From: Hyalangium minutum
GTDB lineage: Bacteria > Myxococcota > Myxococcia > Myxococcales > Myxococcaceae
Length of the DNA stretch: 64,000 nt
Assembly: GCF_000737315.1 (NCBI RefSeq)
Contig: NZ_JMCB01000002.1
Span: forward strand, 434,001-498,000
Reading direction: 5' to 3'
The notes under the pieces were generated by a model. That model was not told the origin of the DNA. It was given only the letters and a program-made list of their open reading frames with translations, and did no database searches. Every line of letters begins with the position of its first letter. Position 1 is the first letter of the stretch. The translations under genes were made by a program, and so were the position numbers. Shown in pieces: positions 16,005 to 26,538 of this stretch.

Positions 16005-18482
16005 ATGAACCACCCTCACCCTCCTGAGAAGCATTCCCACGCCCACTCGCACGCTCCGGTACCGGCCGAGGGCGACACCCGGCCCGTGGACCCCGTCTGC
16101 GGCATGAAGGTGAACCCCGAGGCCCCCAAGGGAGGCACTTCCGAGTACGAGGGCCACACCTACTTCTTTTGCAATCCGAAGTGCCGGGAGAAGTTCCGCG
16201 CCGAGCCGCTGAAGTACCTGAAGCCCCAGGCGGAGCCACTCCTCCCCGCTCCGGCGGGGACGACGTACATCTGCCCGATGGACCCCGAGGTCCGGCAGGA
16301 CCATCCGGGGGCCTGTCCGAAGTGCGGCATGGCGCTGGAGCCCGAGGCGCCCGTGCTGGAGACGAAGACGGAGTACGTCTGTCCCATGCACCCGGAGGTG
16401 GTGCAGGACCACCCGGGAACCTGCCCGAAGTGCGGCATGGCGCTGGAGCCGCGCACCGCCGTGGCCGAGGAGAAGCCTGACCCGGAGCTGATCAGCATGA
16501 CGCGCCGGTTCTGGGTGTCGCTGGTGCTCACCGTGCCTGGGGTCTTCCTGGGGATGTCGGACCTGATTCCCGGGCAGCCGGTGCAGCGGATGTTCTCGCC
16601 GGGCCTGCTGGCGTGGGTGCAGCTCGTGCTGGCCTCTCCGGTGGTGCTGTGGGGCGGGTGGCCCTTCTTCGAGCGGGGCTGGGCCTCGGTGCGCAACCGG
16701 CACCTGAACATGTTCACGCTCATCGCGCTGGGCACGGGCGCGGCGTACCTCTTCAGCGTCTTCGCCACGCTCTTCCCGAGCACACTGCCGCACGCCTTCA
16801 CTGGCCACGGAGGCAGCATCCCCGTCTACTTCGAGGCGGCCGCGGCCATCACCACGCTCGTGTTGGTGGGACAGGTGCTGGAACTGCGCGCGCGCCGTGC
16901 CACGTCGGGAGCGCTCCGGGCCCTGCTGAGCCTGGCGCCCGCCACGGCCCGCCGCATCCGTGAGGACGGACAGGAGGAAGACATCCCGCTGGCGCACGTG
17001 CACGCGGGGGAGCGGCTGCGCGTGCGTCCGGGCGAGAAGGTGCCCGTGGACGGAGTGGTGCTGGAGGGGAGGAGCGCGGTGGACGAGTCCATGGTGACGG
17101 GCGAGTCCCTGCCAGTGGAGAAGGCGCCGGGCCTGAAGGTGACGGGCGGCACCGTCAACGGGACGGGGAGCCTCATCATGCGGGCCGAGCGGGTGGGGCG
17201 GGACACCCTGCTGGCGCGCATCGTCCAGCGGGTGAGCGAGGCCCAGCGCAGCCGGGCGCCCATCCAGCGGCTGGCGGACAAGGTGTCGGCCCTCTTCGTG
17301 CCAGCGGTCATCGCGGTAGCGGTGGTCACGGCCATCATCTGGGGCATGTGGGGGCCAGAGCCTCGGCTGGCGCATGCGCTGGTGAACGCAGTGGCGGTGC
17401 TCATCATCGCCTGCCCGTGCGCGCTGGGTCTGGCTACGCCCATCTCGGTGGTGGTGGGCATGGGGCGAGGGGCGCAGGCGGGCGTGCTCATCCGGGACGC
17501 GGCTGCGCTCGAGCGGCTGGAGAAGGTGGACACGCTGGTGGTGGACAAGACGGGGACGCTCACGGAGGGCAAGCCGCGGCTGGTGTCGGTGGTGCCCTCG
17601 GCGGGCTTCGCGGAGGCGCAGCTGCTCCGGCTCGCCGCGAGCCTGGAGCGCGGCAGCGAGCACCCACTGGCTGCTGCCATCGTGGCCGGAGCGCAGGAGC
17701 GGGGCGTGGTGCTGGCGCAGGTGCAGGACTTCCGCTCGCTGACGGGCCAGGGCGTGACGGGCAAGGTGGATGGAACCGCCGTGGCGCTGGGCAACGCGGC
17801 GCTGCTGGCCGTGCTGGAGACGGATGCTGGCGCGCTGTCCGAGCAGGCCGAGTCGCTGCGGCGCGAGGGGCAGACGGTGGTCTACGTGGTGGCGGAGGGG
17901 CAGCCGGCCGGGTTGCTCGGGGTGGCGGATCCGGTCAAGGCGTCCACGCCCGAGGCGCTCGCGCTGTTGCGCCAAGAGGGCCTGCGGGTGGTGATGCTCA
18001 CGGGGGACAGCCGCACCACAGCGGAGGCGGTGGCGCGCAGGCTGAGCATCACCGAGGTCGTGGCGGAAGTGCTCCCGGAGGCCAAGGGAGACGTGGTGAA
18101 GAAGCTCCAGGCCGAGGGCCGGGTGGTGGCGATGGCGGGAGACGGCGTCAACGACGCTCCGGCGCTCGCGCAGGCGGACGTAGGCATCGCCATGGGCACG
18201 GGGACGGACATCGCCATGGAGAGCGCGGGTGTGACCCTGGTGAAGGGAGACCTGCGAGGCATCGCCCGGGCGAGGAAGCTCAGCCAGGGCACGCTGCGCA
18301 ACATCCGGCAGAACCTGTTCTTCGCTTTCGTCTACAACATGCTCGGAGTTCCTCTGGCGGCCGGTGTTCTCTATCCGGCGTTCGGTCTGCTCCTCAGTCC
18401 GATGATCGCCAGCGCGGCGATGAGCCTGTCCTCGGTGTCGGTCATCACCAACGCGCTGCGGCTGCGCAAGCTGTCTCTGTAG
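16005..18482 (+). CDS. copA: Cu(I)-type P1B ATPase with His-rich N-terminus, YHS domain and two YxCPM(D/H)PE metal-binding repeats
   Basis: DPVCGM/YFFC (YHS); tandem [10 protein letters not shown]; [30 protein letters not shown] and MxxSS motifs. Confidence 0.95.
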   Translation: MNHPHPPEKHSHAHSHAPVPAEGDTRPVDPVCGMKVNPEAPKGGTSEYEGHTYFFCNPKCREKFRAEPLKYLKPQAEPLLPAPAGTTYICPMDPEVRQDHPGACPKCGMALEPEAPVLETKTEYVCPMHPEVVQDHPGTCPKCGMALEPRTAVAEEKPDPELISMTRRFWVSLVLTVPGVFLGMSDLIPGQPVQRMFSPGLLAWVQLVLASPVVLWGGWPFFERGWASVRNRHLNMFTLIALGTGAAYLFSVFATLFPSTLPHAFTGHGGSIPVYFEAAAAITTLVLVGQVLELRARRATSGALRALLSLAPATARRIREDGQEEDIPLAHVHAGERLRVRPGEKVPVDGVVLEGRSAVDESMVTGESLPVEKAPGLKVTGGTVNGTGSLIMRAERVGRDTLLARIVQRVSEAQRSRAPIQRLADKVSALFVPAVIAVAVVTAIIWGMWGPEPRLAHALVNAVAVLIIACPCALGLATPISVVVGMGRGAQAGVLIRDAAALERLEKVDTLVVDKTGTLTEGKPRLVSVVPSAGFAEAQLLRLAASLERGSEHPLAAAIVAGAQERGVVLAQVQDFRSLTGQGVTGKVDGTAVALGNAALLAVLETDAGALSEQAESLRREGQTVVYVVAEGQPAGLLGVADPVKASTPEALALLRQEGLRVVMLTGDSRTTAEAVARRLSITEVVAEVLPEAKGDVVKKLQAEGRVVAMAGDGVNDAPALAQADVGIAMGTGTDIAMESAGVTLVKGDLRGIARARKLSQGTLRNIRQNLFFAFVYNMLGVPLAAGVLYPAFGLLLSPMIASAAMSLSSVSVITNALRLRKLSL

Positions 18483-18563
18483 CGCTCGCTTCCTCGCCTC
18501 TTTGGGGTTGGTGGCGTCCTGCTCGCGCCCCACCCTCTCCATTCAAGGACTCAAGGTCTGCCT

Positions 18564-19835
18564 ATGCGCAACGCATTGCTGGTGGTCTGCCTTGTGCTGA
18601 TTCCCCTGAGCGTCGGGGCGCAGCACTCCCACGCGGAACCTGAAGCGGCCATGGCCTCCGAGGTGAAGTCCGTGCGCGACATTCCGATGATGCGCACGGC
18701 CTCGGGCACGGCGTGGCAGCCGGATGCCTCACCTCACATCGGAGTCCACTGGGGCGCGGCAGGCTGGCACTTCATGGTTCACGGCCTGCTCTTTGGCGGG
18801 TACGACTGGCAGCAAGGTGCGCGCGGTGGCGATGCCCCGCTTGGGTTGGGGTGGCTGATGCTGATGGCCGACCGCGAACTCGGAGCAGGGCGCCTCGGCG
18901 CGCGGGTGATGCTCAGCCCCGAGCCCTTCACCGCCCAGCACCACGGCGGCTATCCGCTGCTGCTCCAGACCGGCGAGACGTACCGGGGCGAGCCCCTGCG
19001 AGACCGGCAGCACCCGCACGATCTCTTCATGGAGCTGGCCGCCGTCTATACCCATGTGCTCTCGAACAACTGGGGCTTCCAGCTCTATGCCGCGCCCGCG
19101 GGGGAGCCCGCGCTCGGCCCCGCGGCCTTCCCGCATCGCCTGTCCGCCTCGTCGGATCCGCTGGCGGCCCTGAGCCACCACTGGCAGGACTCCACGCACA
19201 TCTCGTTCGGCGTGCTCACTGCGGGCCTGCTCACGCCCGTGGCAAAGCTGGAGGGCTCCTGGTTCAACGGCCGCGAGCCCGACGAGAACCGCCTCGACAT
19301 CGACTTCCGGAAGCTCGACGCCTACTCGCTGCGGCTGAGCGTCAACCCCACGCCCGAGGTCAGCGCGCAGGTGTCCTATGGCTACCTCCCCAGCCATGAC
19401 GTGCTCCACGCGGATGAGCCGCTGCACCGCCTCACGGCCTCGGCCATGTTCCACCGGCCACTCGGTGACGGAGGACTCTGGGCGACGACAGCGGTCTTCG
19501 GGCGCAACGTGGAGGGCGAGCACGGCGGCACCAACGCCTACCTCCTGGAGACGAACCTGAACCTGGATGGCCGCAACGTGCTCTTCGGTCGCGCCGAGCT
19601 CATCGAGAAGACGGGCCATGATCTGAGCCTGGACGAGCCGCTGGCGGAGGAGACCTTCCCCGTGACTGTGCTCGCCCTGGGCTACCTGCGGAACCTGGGC
19701 CACGTAGGGCCCGTGGTGCCAGGAGTGGGCCTCCGTGCGGCGGTGAACTTCGTGCCAGAGCGCCTCGAGTCCACTTATGGCGGACGGACACCTGTCGGTG
19801 GCATGCTCTATCTGCGATTGTCTTCCATGCCGTGA
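18564..19835 (+). CDS. His/Met-rich exported protein, probable outer-membrane beta-barrel associated with copper
   Basis: Signal peptide; SGTAWQP, QHPHDLFMELA, HHWQDSTHI motifs; alternating beta-strand pattern; directly downstream of copA. Confidence 0.6.
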   Translation: MRNALLVVCLVLIPLSVGAQHSHAEPEAAMASEVKSVRDIPMMRTASGTAWQPDASPHIGVHWGAAGWHFMVHGLLFGGYDWQQGARGGDAPLGLGWLMLMADRELGAGRLGARVMLSPEPFTAQHHGGYPLLLQTGETYRGEPLRDRQHPHDLFMELAAVYTHVLSNNWGFQLYAAPAGEPALGPAAFPHRLSASSDPLAALSHHWQDSTHISFGVLTAGLLTPVAKLEGSWFNGREPDENRLDIDFRKLDAYSLRLSVNPTPEVSAQVSYGYLPSHDVLHADEPLHRLTASAMFHRPLGDGGLWATTAVFGRNVEGEHGGTNAYLLETNLNLDGRNVLFGRAELIEKTGHDLSLDEPLAEETFPVTVLALGYLRNLGHVGPVVPGVGLRAAVNFVPERLESTYGGRTPVGGMLYLRLSSMP

Positions 19836-19883
19836 GCTTGGGCCGGGGCTCCGGAGTCACTCCCACTTCAGGAGTCTTCGACG

Positions 19884-20873
19884 ATGCGTACTGGCCCTCC
19901 CTCTTCGTTTCCCCGGAACCGCCGGCTCCGGCGAACCGTGGCCCACCTGTTGATCGCCATCCCCACGCTGTCGCTCACGGCGTGCTCCGCCGAGGATGAC
20001 GGAGGTTGCATTCCCTATCCCGAGCGTCCCGGGACGCGGACCTACTACGGGAACTTGCTGGATGGCGGTGTGCCCACGAACGACACCTGCATGGACGTGT
20101 GCAGGCCGCAGGTCGCCAATGCCCAGAGCTGCGAGGTGGATAGCGAGACCGTGACCTATTTGGATGGCGGGACGGGCACACGCCCGGTGATCCGGTGCCA
20201 CTACATCAGTCCGGCATATTGCGGGTCGGATGGGCGCATGCCCGAGGGACTCCAGGCTGCACGGGTGGAGGCGCGGTGTGCCCTGGGCGTCCACTTCGCC
20301 CAGATGGCCTGGATGGAGGCCGCCTCGGTGCCCGCCTTCCTCCGGCTCGCGGACGAACTGAAGGCCCACGGGGCTCCCGATTCACTGGTGCGCGCGGCCC
20401 GGCGCTCGGCGGGGGATGAGGTCCGCCACACGCGCGCGGCCGGAGCGCTGGCCCAGCGACACGGCGCCTCCGTGCCCGAGGTGGAGCTCGCACCGGTCGC
20501 TCCGCGCTCGCTGGAGGCGATGCTGCTGGAGAACGCGAAGGAAGGCTGCGTCCGGGAGACGTTTGGCGCGGTGGTCGCTGGGTGGCAGGCCCAGCATGCG
20601 CAGGACGCTCAGGTGCGAGAGGCGCTCCGCCGCATCGCCGAGGATGAGCTCCGCCACGCCGAGCTGGCCTGGGCCGTCGCGGAGTGGGCGGAAGAGCTGC
20701 TCACGCCCGAGGAGCGCCAACGGATGAAGGACGCCCGCCTTGAGGCGTTCCACGAGCTGGAGCGCAAGCTGGGCGAGGAGGAGCCCGAGCTGGCGTTGAT
20801 CCAGCAGGCGGGCGTGCCCTCGCGCGATGCCTCTCTCCAGCTTCTCCGGGGGCTGCGGACCCTGATCGCCTAG
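19884..20873 (+). CDS. Ferritin-like domain lipoprotein (myxobacterial type)
   Basis: Lipobox LTAC; Cys-rich N-domain; EAASV...DEVRH and EGCVRE...DELRH di-iron-like motifs. Confidence 0.75.
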   Translation: MRTGPPSSFPRNRRLRRTVAHLLIAIPTLSLTACSAEDDGGCIPYPERPGTRTYYGNLLDGGVPTNDTCMDVCRPQVANAQSCEVDSETVTYLDGGTGTRPVIRCHYISPAYCGSDGRMPEGLQAARVEARCALGVHFAQMAWMEAASVPAFLRLADELKAHGAPDSLVRAARRSAGDEVRHTRAAGALAQRHGASVPEVELAPVAPRSLEAMLLENAKEGCVRETFGAVVAGWQAQHAQDAQVREALRRIAEDELRHAELAWAVAEWAEELLTPEERQRMKDARLEAFHELERKLGEEEPELALIQQAGVPSRDASLQLLRGLRTLIA

Positions 20874-20881
20874 CGCTCCCG

Positions 20882-20925
20882 GCCGCGTACGCTTCTCCTC
20901 CGCCCAGGAGAAGCGTGCACGCGGC
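20882..20925. terminator. Strong intergenic stem-loop
   Basis: ACGCTTCTCCT / AGGAGAAGCGT perfect 11-bp stem plus a 7-bp outer stem (GCCGCGT / ACGCGGC). Confidence 0.55.
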
Positions 20926-20949
20926 GAGCGGCTCGCTAGACTGCACCCC

Positions 20950-22032
20950 ATGAGTTCCCGCGAGGAGCCACGTACGCCGGGGGCACCGGCCGGCAACATC
21001 TCGGTGGTCCGGCTGCCCAATAGCTGGTTCATCCTCTGTACATCGCGCGAGCTGGGCCACAAGCCCATCTCCCGGATGCTACAGGGTACTCCGCTCGTGC
21101 TCTTTCGAGGCGCGGGCGGGCAGCCCGCGGCGCTCTTGGATCGCTGTCCGCACCGCAACGTGCCGCTGTCGCTCGGCCGCGTCGTGGGCGGCCAGCTCCA
21201 GTGCGGCTACCACGGGTGGACCTTCGACTCGGCCGGCGAGTGCCGGGCCATCCCCGGCCTCTCCGGAGACACGCGCGCCAAGGCCCGCTGTGCCGCCTCG
21301 TACGCGGTGCGGGAGCAGGATGGCTTCGTGTGGGTCTACTCGACGCCCGGGGTGGTGCCCACGACGGAGCCCTATCGCTTCCCGCTGCTGGACGCGCGAG
21401 GCTACAGCACGGTGCGCCGCATCGTCCGGGCGCCCGGCTCGCTGCACGCGGCGCTGGAGAACACGCTCGACGTGCCGCACACCGCGTTTCTCCACGGCGG
21501 CCTGTTCCGCACCGCCAAGAAGAGCAACGAGATCGAGGTGGTGGTGCGGCGCGGCTCGGATCGGGTGGAGGCCGAGTACATCGGCGAGCCTCGTCCGAAG
21601 GGGCTGGTGGGCAAGGTGCTGGCACCGGGTGGAGGGGTGGTGCAGCACTTCGACCGGTTTTTGCTGCCGTCCATCGCTCAGGTGGAGTACCGCATCGGGG
21701 ATGACAGCCACCTGATGGTGTCCTCGGCGATGACGCCGGTGTCGGACTGGGACACGCTCATCTACGCGGTGGTGACGTTCCGGCTGCCCATTCCGCACTG
21801 GCTGGTGAAGCCGTTCCTCACGCCGGTGGCGCTGCACATCTTCTCGCAGGACGCGCGCATCCTGAAGGAGCAGACGGAGACCATCCACCGCTTCGGCACG
21901 GAGATGTACGTCTCCTCGGAGCTGGATGTGCTGGGGCCCGCCATCCTCCGATTGCTGCGCTCGGTGGAGCGCGAGAAGCAGGCGTCCTCCTCCGAGCCGG
22001 TGCACGAGACCCGGCTCAAGATGCTCGTGTGA
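20950..22032 (+). CDS. Rieske non-heme iron oxygenase, alpha subunit (VanA-like)
   Basis: CPHR...CGYHGW Rieske motif; ENTLDVPHTAFLH mononuclear iron site; C-terminal QD. Confidence 0.9.
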   Translation: MSSREEPRTPGAPAGNISVVRLPNSWFILCTSRELGHKPISRMLQGTPLVLFRGAGGQPAALLDRCPHRNVPLSLGRVVGGQLQCGYHGWTFDSAGECRAIPGLSGDTRAKARCAASYAVREQDGFVWVYSTPGVVPTTEPYRFPLLDARGYSTVRRIVRAPGSLHAALENTLDVPHTAFLHGGLFRTAKKSNEIEVVVRRGSDRVEAEYIGEPRPKGLVGKVLAPGGGVVQHFDRFLLPSIAQVEYRIGDDSHLMVSSAMTPVSDWDTLIYAVVTFRLPIPHWLVKPFLTPVALHIFSQDARILKEQTETIHRFGTEMYVSSELDVLGPAILRLLRSVEREKQASSSEPVHETRLKMLV

Positions 22033-23132
22033 GGTCTCTCATGTGGAATGCCGTCATGACCCGGGCTGGGCTCGCAGTCACACTGATGCTCGCCGTGGCC
22101 TGTGGCGAGGAGGAAGCGCCAGGCAACGGGCCGCCGCAGAGCAGCGCGATGACCTTGTCGCGCAGCGAGCACGCGGCGGTGTTGCTTCCCTCGGGGAAGG
22201 TGCTCGTCTCGGGCGGGGTGGCCAGTAGCAGCCTGAGCACCCAGGTGAGGGGCGCCGAGCTCTACGACCCGGACACGGGTGCCTGGTCCCTGACCGGCTC
22301 CCTGAACGAGCCGCGAAACACCCATGAGGCGGTGTTGCTTCCCTCGGGGAAGGTGCTGGTCATGGGAGACGCCCACATTGGCAACACGGCCGAGCTGTAT
22401 GACCCGGAGCGGGGAACCTGGGAGCGCACGGGGAACATGCTCGGCGGCCGCATGTTTCCCCAGGCGGTGGCGCTGCCCTCGGGCCGCGTCCTCGTGGTGG
22501 GAGGCGATCCCGGTGACCCCACAAAGCCCAGCGCGGCCGAGCTGTACGAGCCGGTTACGGGCACCTGGGCCGCGACGGGCTCAGTCACCACTGGGCGGGT
22601 GATCAGGCCCGCGGCGGTGCTGCTGCCCTCGGGCAAGGTGCTGCTCTCGGGAGGAGGCTACTCGACACCTGTGGCCGGGGCGGGTCTCTACGATCCGGCC
22701 TCTGGCACCTGGAGCAACACTGGGGCGATGAAGACGCCCCACGAGGGCCACAGGGTCACGGTGCTGCCCTCGGGCAAGGTCTTGGTGGTGGGGGGCAAGG
22801 GGAGCGGCGGGGTGCTGGCCACGGCGGAGCTGTACGACCCGGCCACGGGCACCTGGAGCCTTGCGGCCTTCATGGCCCAGGGCCGCACGGGACACACGCT
22901 CACCCTCTTGCCTTCCGGAAAGGTGCTCGTCACGGGCGGGCGCAATGACACCAGCACGTTCTCCACGGCGGAGCTGTATGACCCGGAGACGGACACCTGG
23001 AGCAGCGCGCCTCCCATGGCTGAGCCGCGCAGCGGCCATACGGCCACCTTGCTGCCCTCGGGCGAGGTGCTGATTGCGGGCGGGGCCAGCGATGAGCGCT
23101 CGCTCAACTCGTCGGAGCTCTACACGCCCTGA
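22029..23132 (+). CDS. Kelch-repeat lipoprotein
   Basis: Six LPSG(K/R/E)VL(V/L/I)xG...LY(D/E/T)P repeats; lipobox AVAC. Confidence 0.9.
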   Translation: MRSLMWNAVMTRAGLAVTLMLAVACGEEEAPGNGPPQSSAMTLSRSEHAAVLLPSGKVLVSGGVASSSLSTQVRGAELYDPDTGAWSLTGSLNEPRNTHEAVLLPSGKVLVMGDAHIGNTAELYDPERGTWERTGNMLGGRMFPQAVALPSGRVLVVGGDPGDPTKPSAAELYEPVTGTWAATGSVTTGRVIRPAAVLLPSGKVLLSGGGYSTPVAGAGLYDPASGTWSNTGAMKTPHEGHRVTVLPSGKVLVVGGKGSGGVLATAELYDPATGTWSLAAFMAQGRTGHTLTLLPSGKVLVTGGRNDTSTFSTAELYDPETDTWSSAPPMAEPRSGHTATLLPSGEVLIAGGASDERSLNSSELYTP

Positions 23133-23152
23133 CTTCGGCTCTCCGGCCACTC

Positions 23153-24772
23153 GTGGTATGGGCCGTGGCTGTCTTGGAGTCTCTCGAACCCGCCCTCTCC
23201 AGCAACAGAGCCAGTCTGGGGTCCCTCGTTCCGTATCTGGGGCTGGGCATGCTGCTGGCCTGGGTGTCGACGCCCCCCGTGGCGATGGCCGCGTGCTTCG
23301 TGGCGACCCTGATGCTGGTGCCCTCGCGGAAGCTGGCGGAGGTTCCCCGGCTTCCTTCCTTCGTGACACTGTCCGGGCTGGTGGTCTTCCTGGCGTGGAT
23401 CGTGACGAGGGGGACGTTCTCCTGGGACGAGCGCGAGGCGCTGAGCAGCGCGTACGACGCGCTGGCGCGCAGCCTCCGTGAGGGCTCGGCGGAAGTGCCT
23501 CGCGAGGACATCCAGTGGGAGGCCTGGAGCGTGGGAGGCCGCACGTTCATGTACTTTGGGCCGTTCCCCGCGCTGCTGCGGATGCTGCCGGACGCGCTCA
23601 TGCCCGGGCGGTACGGGCTCTGGTCGAGGCTCTCGGGGTTCCTCGCGGTGGTGCTCTGCCTGGGAGTCGTGGTCGCCATCACCCGGCGGCAGCTCGGCGA
23701 GAACGAGCGGCTCGGGGCACGCGGGCGCGCGGTCCTGTTCTTCGCGACGGTGGCCGCCGTGGGGCTGGGCTCGGTGCTCGTTCTCCTGGGTTCGCTCGCG
23801 AACCTGTACCACGAGGCCATTCTCTGGGGCCTGTGCGCCGCGCTGTGGGGTGTGTTCTTCATGCTCGGCGTGCTGCGGGATGACGCGGGAGCTTGGCGGA
23901 GCCTTGCGCTGCTCTCGGTGGCTGCGGGCGTGGCATTCCTCTCGCGGGTGACGTTCGGCCTGCCGCTCTACGCGCTCGTCTCGGGGCTCGCGCTGCGGCG
24001 GCTCATTCTCCAGGTGCGGCGGGAGCGGCAGCCTTTGTTCACGGCGGCGGGATGGGTGGCGCTGGCGTTGCTCCCAGCGGTCGCGGCGGGCCTCTTCCAC
24101 CTCTGGTACAACCACGCGCGCTTCGGCTCGCCGTTCGAGTTCGCGCCCTTCGCCGCGTACGAGTCTCCCTCGAAGCCACAGGGTGTGGACAGCCCGTTCC
24201 ACTGGAGTCGCATCCCGAGCGGTGCCCTGGCGTACTTCCGTATCTCGCTGGAGAACTTCCGCCTCGGGGTGCCGTTCCTGACGTTCTCGAATCCGGCGGT
24301 CTTCCGGCCGGAGCTCTACCGAGACCTGTCCACGTTGCTCATCTCGCCGCTGCTCGTCTCGCCGTGGCTGGTGGTGGCGCTCGTGGGCGGACTGCTGCTC
24401 CCAGGCAGGCCGGGAGAGCGCAGGGGGTGGATGCTCTGGGCGCTTCCGTTCGCGGCGCAGGGTCTGCTCATCCTGGCCTACTACTGGTTGGCGTACCGGT
24501 TCACGGCGGAGTTCCTGCCATTGGGCATCTGGTTCCTCGCGGCGTACCTGCGCCGGGCTGGAGCGGAGCGGGGCGTGAAGCGGCTCCTCTCACCCCCGGT
24601 CTTCGCGGCGGTGGCGGTGCTCTCCGTGGTGGCGACGATGACGTCCCTGTTCCACTTCGAGAGCCGGTGGTGGGCGTACCCGGAGAAATACCGCCAGCGC
24701 CTCTCGCGTACCTTCGAGGCGTATGACGCGCGCCTCGGTCTGGGCACGCTCGGCAGTGCCCGGGAAGAGTGA
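23153..24772 (+). CDS. Polytopic membrane protein, GT-C glycosyltransferase-like
   Basis: Many TM segments; YFGPFP, LYHEAILW and YNHARFGSPFEF loops typical of GT-C-like proteins. Confidence 0.5.
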   Translation: MVWAVAVLESLEPALSSNRASLGSLVPYLGLGMLLAWVSTPPVAMAACFVATLMLVPSRKLAEVPRLPSFVTLSGLVVFLAWIVTRGTFSWDEREALSSAYDALARSLREGSAEVPREDIQWEAWSVGGRTFMYFGPFPALLRMLPDALMPGRYGLWSRLSGFLAVVLCLGVVVAITRRQLGENERLGARGRAVLFFATVAAVGLGSVLVLLGSLANLYHEAILWGLCAALWGVFFMLGVLRDDAGAWRSLALLSVAAGVAFLSRVTFGLPLYALVSGLALRRLILQVRRERQPLFTAAGWVALALLPAVAAGLFHLWYNHARFGSPFEFAPFAAYESPSKPQGVDSPFHWSRIPSGALAYFRISLENFRLGVPFLTFSNPAVFRPELYRDLSTLLISPLLVSPWLVVALVGGLLLPGRPGERRGWMLWALPFAAQGLLILAYYWLAYRFTAEFLPLGIWFLAAYLRRAGAERGVKRLLSPPVFAAVAVLSVVATMTSLFHFESRWWAYPEKYRQRLSRTFEAYDARLGLGTLGSAREE

Positions 24773-24790
24773 GGCAGGGTTGAGAGCGCC

Positions 24791-25741
24791 TCAGCTCTTG
24801 GGCTGGATGAGCTCGGTGGAGAAGTAGCGCTCCATGCGGTCAGGGAACACCGTCACCACCTGAGCGCCGGGCCCCAGGCGCTTGGCGGCTTCCACTGCCG
24901 CCGCGTAGTTGAGGCCCGACGAAGGCCCCACCGGGAAGCCGCGCTTGATGAGCGCCCGGGCGGTGCGCATGGCCACCTCGTCCGAGACGTTCAGCTCCAC
25001 CAGCCCCGGCAGGTCCGCCTGCCGGTACAGCAGCGACAGCCCATCCACCACGCCCGGCACGCGCGAGCTGAAGCTGCAGCACTCCATGTCGCTGCCCATG
25101 CCGGAGATGGGCTTGGCCACGAACGGCGTCACCGGGCAGCCTGCCTCCGCGAACGCCTGGTACAGGCCCACCACCGTGCCACCCGTGCCCACGCCGCTCA
25201 CCACGCCGTGCACGAGCCCGCCCGGCACCTGCGAGAGGATCTCCTGCCCCGTCCACACCCGGTGCGCCTCGGCGTTGTCCGGGTTCTCGAACTGGCGCGG
25301 CGCGAAGGCCTTGCGCTCCTGGGAGAACTCCGCCGCGCGCTGGATGGCGGCCCGGATGCCCTCGCCCCGAGGCACCAGCACCACATCGCCGCCATAGGCG
25401 CGGATGGTGAGCACGCGCTCATCCGTGACGCCCTCCGGCATGACGGCGGTGAACTTCAACCCCATCTGCGCCGAGGCCAGCGCCAGCGCGATGCTCGTCG
25501 AGCCGCTCGAGGCCTCCACCACCTCGCCGCCGGGGCACAGCTCGCCCAGCCGCCACGCCTTCTCCAGCATGTAGCGGGCGATGCGGTCCTTGGTGGAGCC
25601 GCTCGGGTTGAGGAACTCCAGCTTGCACCAGATGGTGGGCCCCTCCTCCTGCAGGCGGACGGGCACCAGCGGCGTGGGGCCAATGGCCTGGATGAAGCGG
25701 CCATCGGCGGGCAGGGGGCGACAAGGGGCGCGAGGGTTCAT
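24791..25741 (-). CDS. PLP-dependent cysteine synthase-family protein
   Basis: KLEFLNPSGSTKDR (PLP lysine), GVGTGGT, VGPSSG, VFPDRMERY; substrate loop is SSGST rather than TSGNT. Confidence 0.88.
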   Translation of the reverse strand: MNPRAPCRPLPADGRFIQAIGPTPLVPVRLQEEGPTIWCKLEFLNPSGSTKDRIARYMLEKAWRLGELCPGGEVVEASSGSTSIALALASAQMGLKFTAVMPEGVTDERVLTIRAYGGDVVLVPRGEGIRAAIQRAAEFSQERKAFAPRQFENPDNAEAHRVWTGQEILSQVPGGLVHGVVSGVGTGGTVVGLYQAFAEAGCPVTPFVAKPISGMGSDMECCSFSSRVPGVVDGLSLLYRQADLPGLVELNVSDEVAMRTARALIKRGFPVGPSSGLNYAAAVEAAKRLGPGAQVVTVFPDRMERYFSTELIQPKS

Positions 25742-25933
25742 GAGGGGCTCGGGTTCCGTTCCACATACCTCGAAAGCCTGCGTCCCGGGGAGGGCCCCAG
25801 ATGACTCCTAGCGGACAGAACGCCCGCTTTCCTGGCTGTCATTCCGGCCAGGGTGCGACCGGAGCTTCCACCAGCCAACCAATGGGCGCGGAGCCTGTCG
25901 CTTCTTTCAGGGAAGACCGCCACTCTGTTGGGC

Positions 25934-26518
25934 ATGCCGAACGAAAAGCTCGTCTTCGCTCAATCCGTGGAGGCCCTCTTCGTCCGGTCGCTCGGACCGC
26001 ATCTGACGTCCGAGGGACGGCGCTTGCTGCGTGGCGTGGGGTTGGATCTCTCCGAGCCGCTGCGGCCCTCCTACTCGCTGGAGCAGTGGCGAACCTTCCT
26101 GCGCGTGGCCGCGCCGGATGTGTTCCCCAGGGCTTCGCCTGATGCCGCCTACTTCGGGCTGGGCGAGCGCTACGTGCAAGGCTACCGGCAGACGGCGGTG
26201 GGCCGCGCGAGCATGGCCCTCATCGCGCACCTGGGGCCTCGGGGCACGCTGGAGCGCGTCACCCATGGCGCTCGCGCGGGCAACAACTTCAACGAGGCCC
26301 GCGTGAAGGAGCTGGGCAACCGCGAGGCCACGCTCTGGATGAAGAACGTGTCCGCGGACAATCCGTTCTTCGCCTGTGGCTTCGTGGCGGAGACGCTGCG
26401 GGGCTCGGGGGCCGCGGAGATTCACGTGGAGCCCGTGGCGTTCGACGGCATCTCCGCCACCTTCCGCATCACCTGGGAGGTCGCCTCCCGGCGCCCGGTC
26501 GTTGCTGCTGCGGGGTGA
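25934..26518 (+). CDS. DUF2378 family protein (Myxococcales-restricted)
   Basis: EKLVFAQSVEALF...GLDL...YSLEQW...G...YxQTxVG pattern. Confidence 0.75.
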   Translation: MPNEKLVFAQSVEALFVRSLGPHLTSEGRRLLRGVGLDLSEPLRPSYSLEQWRTFLRVAAPDVFPRASPDAAYFGLGERYVQGYRQTAVGRASMALIAHLGPRGTLERVTHGARAGNNFNEARVKELGNREATLWMKNVSADNPFFACGFVAETLRGSGAAEIHVEPVAFDGISATFRITWEVASRRPVVAAAG

Positions 26519-26538
26519 GCGTGGCGGGAGCGTGGCTC

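Noticed and set aside
16266-16450. Direct repeat inside copA
   Set aside because: Corresponds to two tandem YxCPMxPE...CPKCGM metal-binding domains, common in this family.
15846-18542. 898-aa minus-strand ORF
   Set aside because: Antisense shadow of copA; high-GC codon bias suppresses stops on the opposite strand; no motifs.
22150-23130. Periodic DNA repeats (CTGCCCTCGGGCAAGGTG-like) as a possible array
   Set aside because: They encode kelch repeats in frame; no unique spacers or cas genes.
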